Of a DNA stretch of 64,000 bases, positions 15,256 through 28,810 are shown one piece after another. Source of the stretch: the human T2T-CHM13v2.0 reference genome, Homo sapiens. The DNA is taken from the NCBI RefSeq assembly GCF_009914755.1, contig NC_060947.1, one strand, 5' to 3'. The position numbers and the translations under genes were made by a program. Position 1 is the stretch's first letter; every line of letters begins with the position of its first letter. The notes beneath the pieces are model-generated. The model ran no database searches and was not told the origin of the DNA. It worked only from the letters and a program-made list of their open reading frames with translations.

Positions 15256-15754
15256 ATATATTGCCTTCGATTTTTCAAATGACCTAACTAGAAATTCCTC
15301 TCTACACTATGCACTTGCAGATTAAGTCCCTTAGCCAAACAACTGTCTTTACTAAGAGAACCAGGCACAGATCTTGTTTTCTTTCCCTGACAGCCTTCAG
15401 AATTATTCACACAAGCCAATCACGTCTTCCCATGAGAACTAGAGGTCACCTCTCCCTCTTGATCTACAAATCATGCCTCCCAGAGACCTTATTCATTCAC
15501 TCTGTTCCTGAGTACAACCCTTGTGTGACCCTGTGTGGTATGTGGTATACTGCTACCCTGGGCTGTGAGTATATGTGATTAATAAACTGCTGTTGACCTC
15601 ATCTGTACAGTGCCCAGTATCATGTGTTTGAATACCACATAACCATAATATGGAAATTCCTTCCTCACCAATAAACAGGACACCACTAAAGCATGCTTTT
15701 ATGAATTACTTTGAGATCATAGATAATCCAGAAAGAAATCTTTACATTTAGACT

Positions 15755-16100
15755 AGTGGCTTACACAACAGAAGTTTATTTTCTCACAGTTCTGGAGGCT
15801 GTAAGTCCAAGATCAAGGTGCCAGCAGGGTTGGTTTCCTCTGAGGCCTCTCTCAGCTTGCAGAAGGCTGCCCTCTTGCAGCCTCTTCACATTGTTGTCCT
15901 TTTGTGTGTGTGCATCCCCGGTGTTTCCTAGTGTGTCCTAACCTCTTCTTTTCAGGACTCCAGTCAGATTTTATAAAAGTACTCTAATGGCCTCATTTTA
16001 ACTAATCACCTGTTTAAAGACCTTATCTCCAAATAGAGTCACATTCTGAGGTACTGGGGGTTAGGACTTGAGCCTGTGAATTTGAGGTTGGGGGCAAAAT
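15755..16100 (-). mobile_element. MLT1-type MaLR LTR
   Basis: ctcacagttctggaggctgtaagtccaagatcaaggtgccagcagg...cacattctgaggtactggggg. Confidence 0.8.
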
Positions 16101-16849
16101 TAATTTCATAATAGACAGGAATTGGAGATACATTTGCTCTTATCTCAGTACAGTAGAACACAATGCACAAGCTACGTTTTCTATGCAAATTGTCTCCAGG
16201 GAGTTTCCCTAAATTAAGAGTGAGATGCACGAAAGCCACTGTGTTGGCTTTTTTTTTTCTTTTTACCTAGAATTGGAAGAAAGAACTAGATCCTACTAGG
16301 AAAAGACATTCTAATGAGATTATCCTGAGTGTAATTTGGCAGATTCTAAGGGAGGGCTAGATTTTGGTGGGGAAGAAATGAATGAAAATATACGGGGTTT
16401 GGATGGAAGTGTAGCTGGGATGCACTGAAGGAGTTAGTCCTTAACAAAATTCTAGAAGATTTGAATTGTATCCAGATGGGGAAGAACCCCCAACATCCAA
16501 ATTAAATAATGGATTCCCTAGTGGGGAAAATCTAATTTTACTTGCTACAGCAAATTTTTGGATGATTTGGTGTTGTTTGAGAGCATTGCATTTTCTCTGA
16601 CATATCCTGGATTTTTAAAAAATCTCAGATAAGAAGATAATCATAAATAATCATAAATAAATGTCATTTATTAAACACCTAACATTTGCCAGTGACTGTG
16701 AAAGATTAAGTCTTAGTGATGAAGAGAATTAGATTAGTGTGTGTTTTCTGACAGCCACCTCCTATCCCAGGACCTCTGCCTTGTTCTTCAGCTTCCCCAT
16801 TTCACATCACTCCACTTGGACACAGACCTATTCTGCTCAAGATTTTTCA

Positions 16850-18888
16850 GGAGTGTGGCATTTCCCAGGAAGCTTTTCATTAAAGAGACAGGAGCCAAGG
16901 ATGTCAGGGCCTTGCTGCAAAGGGCTCTCATTGAAGTAAGGCTCTAAGAGAAGTCAAATTGGGAATCCTCTGTGAGACTGAGGGAACTACCCACTCCAGA
17001 ACAGAGAAGGCACCACAGATGTCACCCCTGCAGTCAGCCTTGAGAACACTTTCACTGGGAATATGGGTAGGACTCACTTCCACCCGAGGGTCACAGAAAG
17101 GTGAGGGACGTGGCCTAAGGCAGGCCACCTTAGCACACGTGCAAGCTAGCGAGGGGTCTTAGGCTCAGGCAGAAGTCAAGGTGAGAATACCTAATGAGAG
17201 TAAGAGAACCACCCACCTCAGAAGCATGCCCCGGGCCTTCTCCCCCAAAAAGCCTGACCCCTGTTCTCAGTCTTGGGAGGCACTGAACAGAGTAGACAGG
17301 ATGAGATGTGTGCTCACTTCTGCCTCTAGGGCCTCGGGGAGGTGAGGGTCTTAGTAAAAGTACGTGAACCCAGAGCAGCTGAGGGAGAAGGAGCAAACCC
17401 TAGCAGCAGTCAAGGTGAGGAAGGTTAGGTGGAGAATCCCATCAAGCTCTTGTTTGCAGCTCCCTGAGTGCCCGAACATGGATGTCAAGTATATGTGAGC
17501 TCTCCTTTCCTACTTGATGATACCGGGAGCTGAGGTCCTTGGCCTGGAGTGGGCAGGGGACAGAGGGCTAAGGTCAGCAAAGGAAGGAGTACCATGCCCT
17601 TCAGGGAATCAACAGCAGAAGCCTGCGTGATTTCTGAGGGACCACTGATCTCAGAAGAGTACCGTAGCACAAAGCCTGCTCCTGCCATCAAACTTAGGAA
17701 GCCCTGGGCCAGGCTGACTTCTTCAAGGGGGTCTCAGAGATGTGAGGGCCTTGGTCTAAGGGAAGAGTACTCAAGTCAGCAAAGAAAAGCAGCCAAGGTG
17801 CAGCCAGGAATCAAAGTAAGTGCCCTACATGAGGACTGAAGGAACCCCTGCTCTACTGGCACCCTGGGATGCCTGTGCACTGATTACATGACTTGCACTC
17901 ATTTCCTGCTGTGGTATGGGGGCGTTTATTGGTAATGATGGTGAGGGATTTTGTCTAAAGTAGATGGCCTGAGGTCTGCAGTAGGAGGATTTCCAGGTAT
18001 TACTAGGAATTAAGGTGAAGACATGGTGTCGGAGGGGAACACCAAATTCATCCCCTATTCTCAGCCTTGGAAGACCACAGGCAGGTGAGGTGGTACCCAT
18101 ATCTTACTAGAGAGTCTCAGGAGAATCTGGTGGGAATAGAGAAGCCCTGGGCCATGCCAAGAGACAAAGGAAGGGTTGGGAGGACCACCCACCATTGAAT
18201 AGATAACAAAGCATCTGTGCCCCACCCTTGCACTCAGTACTTAAAGGACCAGGGCAGGACTATCAGGCTGAGGCTCCTCCCCACTTCTTTATATATATAA
18301 AATCTAAGGCAGATGAAATCTTTGGTGTATGATTGTAGCCACCAGTCAGCAAAAGGGAAGTCTTCCAGGAACTACCTAGAGATCAGGTGGATTCCTAGAA
18401 TGAGAACTGAAGACCCAAGCATCTCATGACAGAGAGACCTCCATATAGCTCCCAGTTGGGTGCCCTCTGACAGAGATGGTGGACTGAGATCCTCCTTCAC
18501 TTTATCGTCTGGGGTCTCAGGGAGGTGCTGGCTTTGGTTTGAGGTGTCAACTTCAGAGCAGCAGAAGGGAGGGGAACCAGGGCCTGCCAACAATTGATAT
18601 GATGATTACGATTATGAACTTAGACCCCCACACTCCATAACAGAGAACCCCCATTACCAGCCCCTGCCACCATCTCAGTACACCTAAGGCAGGGTTGGCA
18701 GGCTGCAGCCTAAAACTCACTCTAACTTTATCCACAGGGTTCTCAGTGGAGAGGCTGACCAGGAGAACAGGAGCTCCATGGGTTCCTAAAGCAGTGCTCT
18801 TGGAAACCTGTGGCTGTGGCCTTTGTTAAAGCCATGGTAGTCTCTCCCTGCTGCTGGTGCTCACACCATCTCATTCTCCCTCCTTCAG
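16850..18888 (+). promoter_or_regulatory. Second MAGE-type 5' region (belongs to the pseudogene)
   Basis: Same modules (aagtcaaggtgag at ~17174 and ~17408; ~17810; ~18010); acceptor tccttcag at 18881-18888. Confidence 0.65.
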
Positions 18889-18949
18889 GTGCCCACATTG
18901 CCAGCCATCCTGTCCACACTTTTTCCTACTCTGCCTAACCAGAGTCATC

Positions 18950-19995
18950 ATGTCTTGGTATCAGAAAAGTAAGTTCCATGTCCATAAGAAATGTCACCAG
19001 ACTCAAAGTAAGACTCGGGGTAATGGGGGTACTCAGGCAATAGTAGTGGCAGCAGAAGAGTCTCCTCCCTCCTCACCTCTTCTTTGTGGAGGTGTTACTG
19101 AGAGCCTACCTACTGCTGGGTCATGTAGCACTTTGAAGGAGCCTCAGAAAGCCTCATCCACCACTACTTAAATAGGCATTTTTTGCACTAGATCTGATAA
19201 ATTTCCCAATGGCCAAGATAAGGAAGAGAAAAGCACGGCTGAGGCCCCACCTTCCAGTGAGAACTCATGCAGAGACCCTCAAACCAGGAAAGCTGGGTTG
19301 TTGGAGCAGTTCCTGCTCTACAAGTATAAAATGAAACAGCCCATTACAAAGGAAGATATGCTGAAGGTTGTCAACTAAAAATACTGAAATCAGTATGCTG
19401 AGATCCTCAGAAGAACTTCTGAGTGCATTAAGGTTGCCTTTACGTTAATATGAAGGAAGTCAATTCAACCCATCACTCATATGACCTTGTTATGACCTTG
19501 TAAAGCTAAAAGTTCCCAACAATGGGAGGGTGTTTGGTGGCAGGGGGTTACCCAAGACTGGTCTCCTGATAAATCTTCTGAGTGTGATCTTCATAAAGAG
19601 CAACTGTGCCATTGGGGAAGACATCTGGAAATTCCTAGATATGATGTGAACATATGCTGGGAGGAAGCACTACACTATGGAGAGCTCAAGAAGCTCATCA
19701 CTCAGGATTTGATGAGGCTAAAAAGTACCTGGAGTACTGCTCAACAGTGATCCTGCACGCTATGAATTCCTTTGGGATTTAAGAGCACATCTTGAAACCA
19801 GTAAGATGAAAGTCCTGAAGTTTTGGCAAAGGTCAGTGATACTGTCCCTAGTGTCTCCACATCCCATTATGAAGAGGCTTTGTGAGATGAGGAAGAGAGA
19901 GCCCAAGCCATAGATGCAGCCATGCCTGGCGCTACTGCCAAAGCTAGTGCAGTTTCCAGAGCCATATGTCCAGCATATCTTCCTACCTCTACTGA
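18950..19995 (+). pseudogene. MAGEB-family duplicated pseudogene (MAGEB5 paralog)
   Basis: MSWYQKSKFH... start in agagtcatcATG context; stops at 19169 and ~19376/19385; frameshifts; 11-bp duplication at 19480-19501; GLLEQFLLYKYKMKQPITKEDML and PKTGLL still readable. Confidence 0.92.
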
Positions 19996-20629
19996 GGACT
20001 GAGGACTTTTGATCATTCAGATAAGAAGATACGACACCACAGGAAAGATTTTCTTGAAAATTTGAAATAATCACACAGTAAAATAAGTAGGGTAATACAA
20101 TGGAGAAAAAAATAAAACACGATTAATCCTTGTTTTCTCTGATTTTTCTTAATCTTTAGTTCTGTAAAATTAACTCATTTGTACTTTGCTTCTCTTAGCT
20201 TATTCAATAAAGTGGAACAAAAAATCTTAATAAATTAGGAATTAGACCTTGTGTTCACTGGCTCTTCTAGTGACCAAACATTAATTGAGCATCTGCTCTC
20301 CAGAAGGCTCTGTGCTAATACTGGAGATGCTCAGATAAATACCCACTCCCTGCTTATAGAAGTTTTGAGCCTATGAGCTACGATCATTTAACTGCCCTTT
20401 ATGACCTATAGTTAAATTAAAAATAATGAGTGAGGATGAGGGTGTTCCTTATGAGAGCAACCAAGAGGGAATTTCCTAAGCCAGGCAGTTTGGGGCTTTG
20501 GAAAACTGCAAGTCCTCGGTGGAATGTAACTTTCATTTAAGTTGGTGGGCTAGCTGAGGTTCTGGAATTGATGAGTAGCAGCCATACCCTCGATGGGTGT
20601 GCTTCAGTTGAGAGATAAAATCCCAAGAG

Positions 20630-21000
20630 TTACTGTACTTGGGCTTCTATAAACAAAATACCATAATCTGGGTGGCCTAAACAACATAAACTGATTCCTC
20701 ACAGTTCTGGAAGCTGGGAAGTCCAAGATCAAGGAGCCAACATATTCAGTTCCTAATGAGGGTACTCTTCCTGGATTGCATAAAGTCACATTTTCTGTGT
20801 CTCCTTACAAGGAGGGGAGAGAGTGAGTTCTAGTCTCTCTTCCTCTTATAGAGACACAAATCCTAATGTGGGGTCCCTACCCTTATAACATCACCTAAAC
20901 GTAATTATCTCTCAAAGGCCCACTCCAAATATCATAATGTTGGGAGCTAGGCCTTCATTACATGAATTTTTGGGGAAATACAACGTTCACTCTATAATGG
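20630..21000 (-). mobile_element. MLT1A-type MaLR LTR
   Basis: ataccataatctgggtggcctaaacaac...cacagttctggaagctgggaagtccaagatcaagg. Confidence 0.75.
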
Positions 21001-22379
21001 AAAATTGCTTCTATTGGGATTGTGGGTAAACCAGAGACAAATCTCCACGTGGGCAGGGTGGGAAGGTGTATTGTGCTCTAGTTCCAGTGCAGGTAAACAT
21101 AGTTTGCAAATTAGGTGTTCTAAACACATGTTCTACAAGGAGTTTCTGAAGAATAAGAATGATAATCCTTTGAGAGGAAATGCACAGAAGCCACTATGTT
21201 GGCAGTTTTTGCCTTGAAATGGGAGAATTAGATCCCGGTGCATTAAAAGGACATTTTGATTTAGTTATATTGAGGATAATTTGGCAAACTCTTAAAAGAG
21301 GGCTAGATTTTGTTAAGGGTATAAGGAATGTAAACAAAGATGGTTTGGGATGGAAAGGCACCTGAGAAGGATACGAGAACTTGTGCCTTGACACCAATTT
21401 TAGGAGCTTGAGTTACATCTAGCTGGGGAAGACAACCCCACAACTGAATTAAACAACAGGTGCCCTCATGGACAATATTTACATAGCTTTACTTGCTAGG
21501 GATAATTTTTGGATGATTCAATATTTTTGTACAAGAGTATTCCATATTCTCTAACATCTGGACCAAAACAAACAAACAAACAAACAAACAAAAACTTCCA
21601 AGTGTGGTGGATTCTATCCTCTTGAATCAAAATAATAATATTAAAAACTGCCATTCTTTAAATATTGGGTAATATATTCCAGTCATCTTGCCATGTGGTT
21701 TATATGTAGTACATACATTCTAATGGTCTTACAAGATAAGGCTTACCAAATTCATTTGGCAGATAATAGACTTCCAATTTTCTCAAGTTCACAAGACTGG
21801 TAAATGGCAGAGCTAGGACAAGAGTCCTGGTCTGAATTTGTCTAGAGTCTAAACCATTCCACTCTTCCCACCTGAGGTAGACATGTTGTCTCTTAATGAA
21901 CCTTTTAATCTCACTATTCCAAAATGTATTTCAGGCAAAAAAAAAGGAGACACTTGTAGTCAAAGTACTAAAAGCAGGCCTATAAAAGGAAGTTAAGTGT
22001 GAGAATAAATCAAAATTTGGAGATTGTCTTTAAACTTCATTAACCTAGGATCCTGCTGCTTTGAGGCCCATGGTATCCCTGAGAACTAACTCTGTCCAGG
22101 AGCTATTTCATCCAGCTCTTGCTGTTTCCATCATTACAACACCTTTCTCCTGGAATTTCTCCAGTGTGCACCCCTAACTCTGGAACCTGACCTGCTGGCC
22201 AGCTCTTCACTCTGCATCCTCCTCTGAAGACTATTACTTGCTCTCCTCATGATTTAGAGCATTCAAACTCTGTAGTGGTCACTTCCTTCACTTTGGATGC
22301 ATATCAACTTTGTATTCCTATTTATATGATAACTTGAAGATCTTCCTCCTTCCTTCCTTTCCTTCTCTTTCTTATTTTT

Positions 22380-24410
22380 CAAATGTTTCTTTAAAAATTA
22401 GTTTAAATCGTTTCTGAGTATGAGTTTATAGATCACGTGGTTTACACATTTATTGCTGTGTATCGAGTTTAAAAGTAGGAGTTTTTATATTTTGTGAAAC
22501 AAGTTGGAGAAACTTTCCATCTCATTTTGTGATCCAGAACAGGATAATATGGCATTGAAATAGGTGTTTCTCTGGAAATGTGAGATTACTCAGCAATAAA
22601 ACCGTTGGGTTCAAGAAATAGAGCAAAATATGTGCCACAAAATCAGATTTTTAGGCCTTTATAAGGACTTTGATGTAAATAAACTCATGTCCAAACAACA
22701 ACAAAGAAATAGAGCAAAATAAAGTAAAAGATTGTCAATTCTTGTCTTCCCTATTATTTTTAGTCTGTTGGTCTGTAAAATTAAATGACTTACATCTGGA
22801 TTTGCTTACCTTATTTAAGAATTTAGGAGAAATTAAATCTTATTAAATTAGATACTGTGCTCATTGGCTCATTTATTCCCTTAACATTAATTGGACATCT
22901 GCTCTTTGGAATACACTGTGCTGTTGCTGAAGATGTCAGGATTTTCATGTCTAGGAGCAATAGTATCACAAGGAAGATTGTGAGATACGCTATACCAGAA
23001 GGACAAATAAAAAGAAAGAATGAAGAGGGTTGTGGTCCACATGAGTGTAGTAAAGTGGCAGTTAAGTGTAAATGCCTCAAGGCAAGTCTGTTGAGGGAAA
23101 CTGCAAATTCATGAGAGTGACTGAAGTTTAAATTTTGCTATGTCATGGGGAGTTAGAACTTTGGGAATGGGGAACAAGAGTCAGCCCTTTAGATAGTGTG
23201 TGTCAGAGACTAAATCTTGGAATGCAAAGTGGCCCTCGAATCCTGGATAAACAGTAAAGAAACTTCCCATTGGTAGAGTCCAAGGTAGATGTTCTGGACC
23301 CTTTCCCATTGCATTTGAACACAGTTTGCAAAGTAGTTGTTTTACCTATATCTTCTCAAAAGATTTACTGAAAAATAAGTGTTATATTCTTTTGAGCTGA
23401 TCTTTGGAAACCAGTTGGCTGGCACGCTTTCCTTTGGCTTGAGGGAGTCCAATTCAAGTACATTGCAATAAAATTGTAATATCTTGAATATAATTTGGCA
23501 AGGGCTGAGTGTTTCATGGCTGTGAAATGAGTGGCAATTGGGATGTTGATTGAAGATACAGCTGGGAGCAAAACAAAGGAGAATAACGTAATAGTATATG
23601 GCCCCTTACACAACTACTAGGTCATTTGAATGGCATTCAGATTGAAACAATTGGCCCATATTCATACTAAATAACTTTCTCTCCATTGTTTAGTTCTATT
23701 TATTAAGTAGTAATTTTGACTCTTGGTATTCTGGGTCCTAAGTACCTCAGATTCCCTGAGAACTGCTCAATAGTTTCTTTAAAATTCTAGAAGGTAAGGT
23801 AGCAATCAGCACCAGTAATGGTAACAACTTTCATTTACTAAAGGTTTAATACATGTGGAGAGGTTGGCTAGGTTCTTTGCATTTATTATCTCTGACCTTT
23901 CCAACAGCCTTGCAAAATGAAGCTAATTTTTCAGATGCAGAACTCAAGAATCAAAGTTTTGGAAATTTCCCCAATATTGCATAGCTAGTAAGTGACAAAG
24001 GTTGGACTGTTGTAATCTGTGTAGATCTCAAACTGTCTCCACTCTTCCCGGCCTGAAGTAGTCTCTGTGTCTCCTCTTTAAGTGCTCTTCCCACTATTCA
24101 TAATATCTCATGTAAGATAAAAATAACTCTGTAGCCAACGTTCTAAAACCAGGCCTAACGAGGGTAAAATAAATGTAAATAGAAATAAAACACAATTTTG
24201 GGATTGCCAATTGGATTCATTTACTCAGGCTCTTTCTGTCTTCACACGAGGGTTCCTTGAAAGCTGATGCTGTTCCGGCAGCTGTATTTTATCCAAATGT
24301 AGCACAATACCACATTACAGGACCCTCCACCTCAGCCTTCCCAGTGTGTTTTTCTGTCAAATTATGTGTCTTGACGTGCTAACCAGCTCTTCTTCGCAGC
24401 CTCTTCCACT
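22380..24410 (+). pseudogene. MAGE unit remnant 4 (3'UTR plus downstream block, no CDS)
   Basis: ggcattgaaataggtgtttctctggaaatgtga resembles ~8279; acatctgctctttggaa resembles ~8540, ~13725 and ~20290. Confidence 0.6.
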
Positions 24411-26057
24411 GCTCCCAATGGAAAAAATAAATCAGAATCACCGGTCTTCTCTCTAACTCAGAGGTTTCCTAGTCTCTGAAGATGACCCTTATTTGTCCCA
24501 TCCCAACCGTGCCCCATCTCCACCCCATAACAACCCCATTCAATGTAAAAGTTTACTTTGGAGAGTGAGGTTTATATACCTGATCATATCTTCTCCCCAG
24601 GTCCATTTGTGTAAATTTCCTTATCGTTTAATCTCCCTGGTCTTGTTTTTTTAACCTTGCTCATAAGCCATGCCTAGTGATGGAGCTGAGGTGTGACAGC
24701 AGGATACTCAGGAAGCCTTCCCTTGCTATCCTCACCACCACCTCTTGCCAGCCTGTGTTAGATGTGCGTACTCTGTATTTCCTCAGTGCAACCCTTGTTA
24801 GTTGGATGTATTAATAAAATTAGAGAAGAGGTTTTTTGAAACCTCACTGATATTTGCATTTTATTCTCTTTTAGAAAAAACAATTCATACCTACAGGGTA
24901 GTTACCATGTGGCAGACATAGTTTATCTGATTCATGTCATGTATTTCTTACAATAGACCTATGAGGTCTATACTATTATTATGCCCTGTTTAGAAATTAG
25001 AAACTAAAGCTCTATCATTTATCTTCACAATAAACCTTTATTGTTTTCTTCCTTCTGTCAGCTTTGGGTGTAGTTAGCTCTTCTTTTCCTATTTGTGGGC
25101 TATTATCCTTTGTTGATCTATATGTTTATTCTTTTTGCCAATTTCACACTGTCTTGATTACTATAGCTTTATAGTAAGTCTCAAAGTCAGGTACTGTCTA
25201 TCCTCTGAAGCTGTTCTTCTCCTTCAATATTGTGTTGGCTACTCAAGGTCATTTCTCTCTACATATGAAATGTAGAACTAGTTTGTTGATATCCACAAAA
25301 TAACTTTCTGAGAATATGACTGGGATTACACTGAATTTATAAAAATGGGAAACTCTGACATCTTGACAATAATTTCTATCCATGAAAATAGAATATTTCT
25401 CAAATTTTGTGTTCTTTATGATTTCTTTCATCAGAATTTCATAGTTTTTCTCATATAGATCTTATACATATTTTGTTAGATTTATACCTACAGATTTCAT
25501 TGTTGAGGTATTATGTCAATGGTAATGTGTTTTAAATTTCAAATTCTACTTGTTCATTTCTTTTATTTAGAAAAGTGATCAATGTTTGACCTTATATCCT
25601 GAAACCTTGAAACAGGAAATCAGTAGAGATATAGTTTTACAACCAATCCAAGTATACTTTCAAGTAATTCTATATCACCTCAAAGATATTGCAAGTACCT
25701 TAAAATAACAAAATATTTCTAATTTCTCCCTCCTGTCTGTTGTTATCATTTCTGCCATTCATTTCACTTATATATAAGCTATTATCATTGAATACTGAGT
25801 TGTTATTTTGAATGAATTGATATCTATTAGACAAATCAAAAATAAGAAAAATAAAAAGTTCTTATTTTACCTTCACTTATGACTTCTCTTCCATTATGTG
25901 GATCCAAGTTTCTGACCTATCATTTTCCTTCTTTTCAAACCTTCTTTTAAGATTTCTTGCAAGGTAGATCTACTGGCAAGAAATTCCCTCAATTTTTGTT
26001 TGTCAGGGAAAGTATTTATTTCTCCTTCTCTTCTGAAGGATAATTTCACAGGGTAAG

Positions 26058-28409
26058 TGTATTAGTCTGTTTTCATACTGCTATAAAGAACTGCCCAAGA
26101 CTGGGTAATTTATAAAGGAAAAAGGTTTAATTTACACACAGCTCAGCATAGCTGGCATATTAGTCCATTTTCATGCTGCTGATAAAGACATACCTGAGAC
26201 TGGGCAATTTACAAAAGAAAGAGGTTTACATTTCCACGTGGCTGAGGAAGCCTCATAATCATGACAAAAGGCAAGGAGAAGCAACTCACGTCTTACATGG
26301 ACAGCAGCAGGCAAAGAGAGAGTGAGAGCCAAGCAAAAGGAGTTTCTCCTTATAAAACCATCCGATCTCATGAGACTTATTCACTACCACGAGAATAGTA
26401 TGGGAGCAACAGCCCCCATGATTCAATTATCTCCCACCAGGTCCCTCCCACAACAATGGGAATTATGAGATATACAATTTAAGATGAGATTTGGGTGGGG
26501 ACAGAGCCAAACTATACCATTCTGCCCCTGGCCCTTCTCAAATCTCATGTCCTCACATTTCAAAACCAATCATGCCTTCCCAACAGTCCCCCAAAGTCTT
26601 AACTCATTCTGGCATTAACTCAAAAGTCTAAGTCCAAAGACTCATCTGAGACAAGGCAAGTCCCTTCTGCCTATGAGCCTGTGAAATCAAAAGCAAATTC
26701 GTTACTTCCTAGATAAAATGGGGGTACAGGCATTTGGTAAATACACCCATTCCAAATGGGAGAAATTGGCCAAAACAAAGGGACTACAGGCCCCATGCAA
26801 ATCCAAAGTCCAATAGAGCAGTCATTAAACCTTAAAGTTCCAAAATAATCTTCTTTGACTCCATGTCTGACATCCAGGTCATGCTGATGCAAGAGGTGGT
26901 CACACACAGCCTAGGGCATCTCTGTCCCTGTGGCTTTGCAGGGTATAGCTCCCCTCTTGGCTGTTTTCACAGGCTGGTGTTTAGTGTCTGTGGCTTTTCC
27001 TGGCACACAGTGCAAGCTGTCAGTGAATCTACCATTCTGAGGTCTGGAGAACAGTGGCCCTCTTCTCACAGCTCCACTAGGTAGTGCCCCAGTGGTGACT
27101 CTGTGTGGAGACTCTGACCTCACATCTCCCTTCTGCACTGCCCTAGAAGTGGCTCTCCATGAGGGCTCCACCCCTGCAGCAAATTCTTGTCTGGACATCC
27201 AGGCGTTTCCATACATCCTCTGAAATCTAGGCAGAGTTTCTCAAACCTCAGTTCTTGACTTCTATGTGCCTGCAGGCCAAAGGGCACATGTAAGCCATCA
27301 AGGCTTGGGGCTTGCACCCTCTGAAGGAACAGCCTGAGCTGTAAATTAGCCCCTTTTAGCCATGGCTGGGACGCAGGGTGCCAAGTCGCAAGACTGCACA
27401 AAGCAGTAAGGCACTGGGCCTGGCCCACAAAACAATTTTCTCCTCCTAGGCCTCCAGATCTGTGATGGGAGGGGCTTCCATGAAGACCTCTGACATGCCT
27501 AGAGACATATTCCCCATTGTCTTTGTGGTTAACATTTGGTTCCTTGTTACTTACACAAATTTCTATAGCTGGCTTGAATTTATCTGCCAAAAATGGGTTT
27601 TTCTTTTCTGTTGCATCATCAGGTTGCAAATTTTCCAAACTTTTATGCTCTGTTTCCCTTTTAAATGTAAGTTCCAGTTTTGGATCATCTCCCACACGTT
27701 CAAAATTCCAGAGAGCTCTAGGGCAGGAGCAAAATGCCTCCAGTCTCCTTGTTAAAGCACAGCAAGAGTGACCTTTGCTCCAGTTCCCAATAAGTTCCTC
27801 ATCTCCGTCCGAGACCACCTCAGTGTGGACTTCATTGTCTATATCACCATCAGCATTTCGGTCAAAACCATTGAACAAGTCTCTAGGAAGTTTCAAACTT
27901 TCCCACATCTCCCTGTCTTCTTCTGAGCCCTCCAAATTTTTCAAACTTCTGCCTGTTACCCAGTTCCAAAGTCACTTCCACATTTTTTGGTATCTTTATA
28001 ACAGCACCCCACTCTCTGTGGTACCAGTTTATTGTATTCATCTGTTCTCATGCAGGTATGAAGAAATACTGAAGACTGAGTAATTTACAAAGGAAAAAAG
28101 TGTAATTGACTCAAAGTTCAGCATAGCTGGAGAGGCCTCAGGAAACTTACAGTTATGGTGGAAGGCTAATGGGGAAGCAAGGCACGTCTTCACAAGGCAA
28201 CAGGAAGGAGAAGAGAGCGTGCAGGGAAAATATCAGATGCTTAGACCTTCAGATCTCAGGAGACTCACTCATTATCATGAAAACAACATGGGGAAAACTA
28301 CCCCCATGATCCAATTACCTCCACCTGGTCCCACCCTTGACATGTGGGGATTGCAGGGATTACAATTCAAGGTGAGATTTGGGTGGTAACACAGAGCCAA
28401 ACCATATCA
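26058..28409 (-). mobile_element. THE1 MaLR element: partial LTR 26058-26156, second LTR ~26157-26520, internal ~26520-28032, LTR 28033-28409
   Basis: TG...CA ends; 5-bp TSD GTAAG at 26053 and 28410; THE1-int sequence. Confidence 0.9.
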
Positions 28410-28749
28410 GTAAGATTCTAGGTTGATGGATTTTTTTTCTCTCAACACTAAATATTTCACACCACTCATATATTTTGTATGGTTTCTGAGGAAATGTCAA
28501 ATGTAACTCACATCTTTGCTCCTCTATAGGTATGGTGATTTTTTTTCTCTTTTAAGATTTTTTCTTCATCTTTGATTTTCTGCAATTTGAATATGATATG
28601 CCCAGTTGTTCTTCTTTCTTTCTTTTTTTTAATTTATTTTGTTTGGTGTTCTCTAAGCTTTCAGGATCTATGGTTTGGTGCCTGCCATGGACTGAATGTT
28701 TGTGTCCTCCCCAAATTCTTATGTTGATAACTAATCCCAAAGTGATGAT

Positions 28750-28810
28750 CTCTCTCTCTCTCTCTCTGTGCGTGTGTGTGTGTGTGTGTGTGTGTATTTG
28801 TGTGTGTGTG
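28750..28810. repeat. (CT)n(GT)n compound microsatellite
   Basis: Direct reading. Confidence 0.95.

Larger units (their letters stand above)
14095..15690 (+). mobile_element. Older LTR (family not identified) split by an HML-5 insertion
   Basis: tgtaaagcccaaaattaagg start at 14095 continues after 15256; R-region-like ttaataaactgctg at ~15580. Confidence 0.55.

Noticed and set aside
27120-27944. 274-aa minus-strand ORF
   Set aside because: Remnant of the THE1 internal ORF (LEGSEEDR.MWESL motif), frameshifted; common genome-wide
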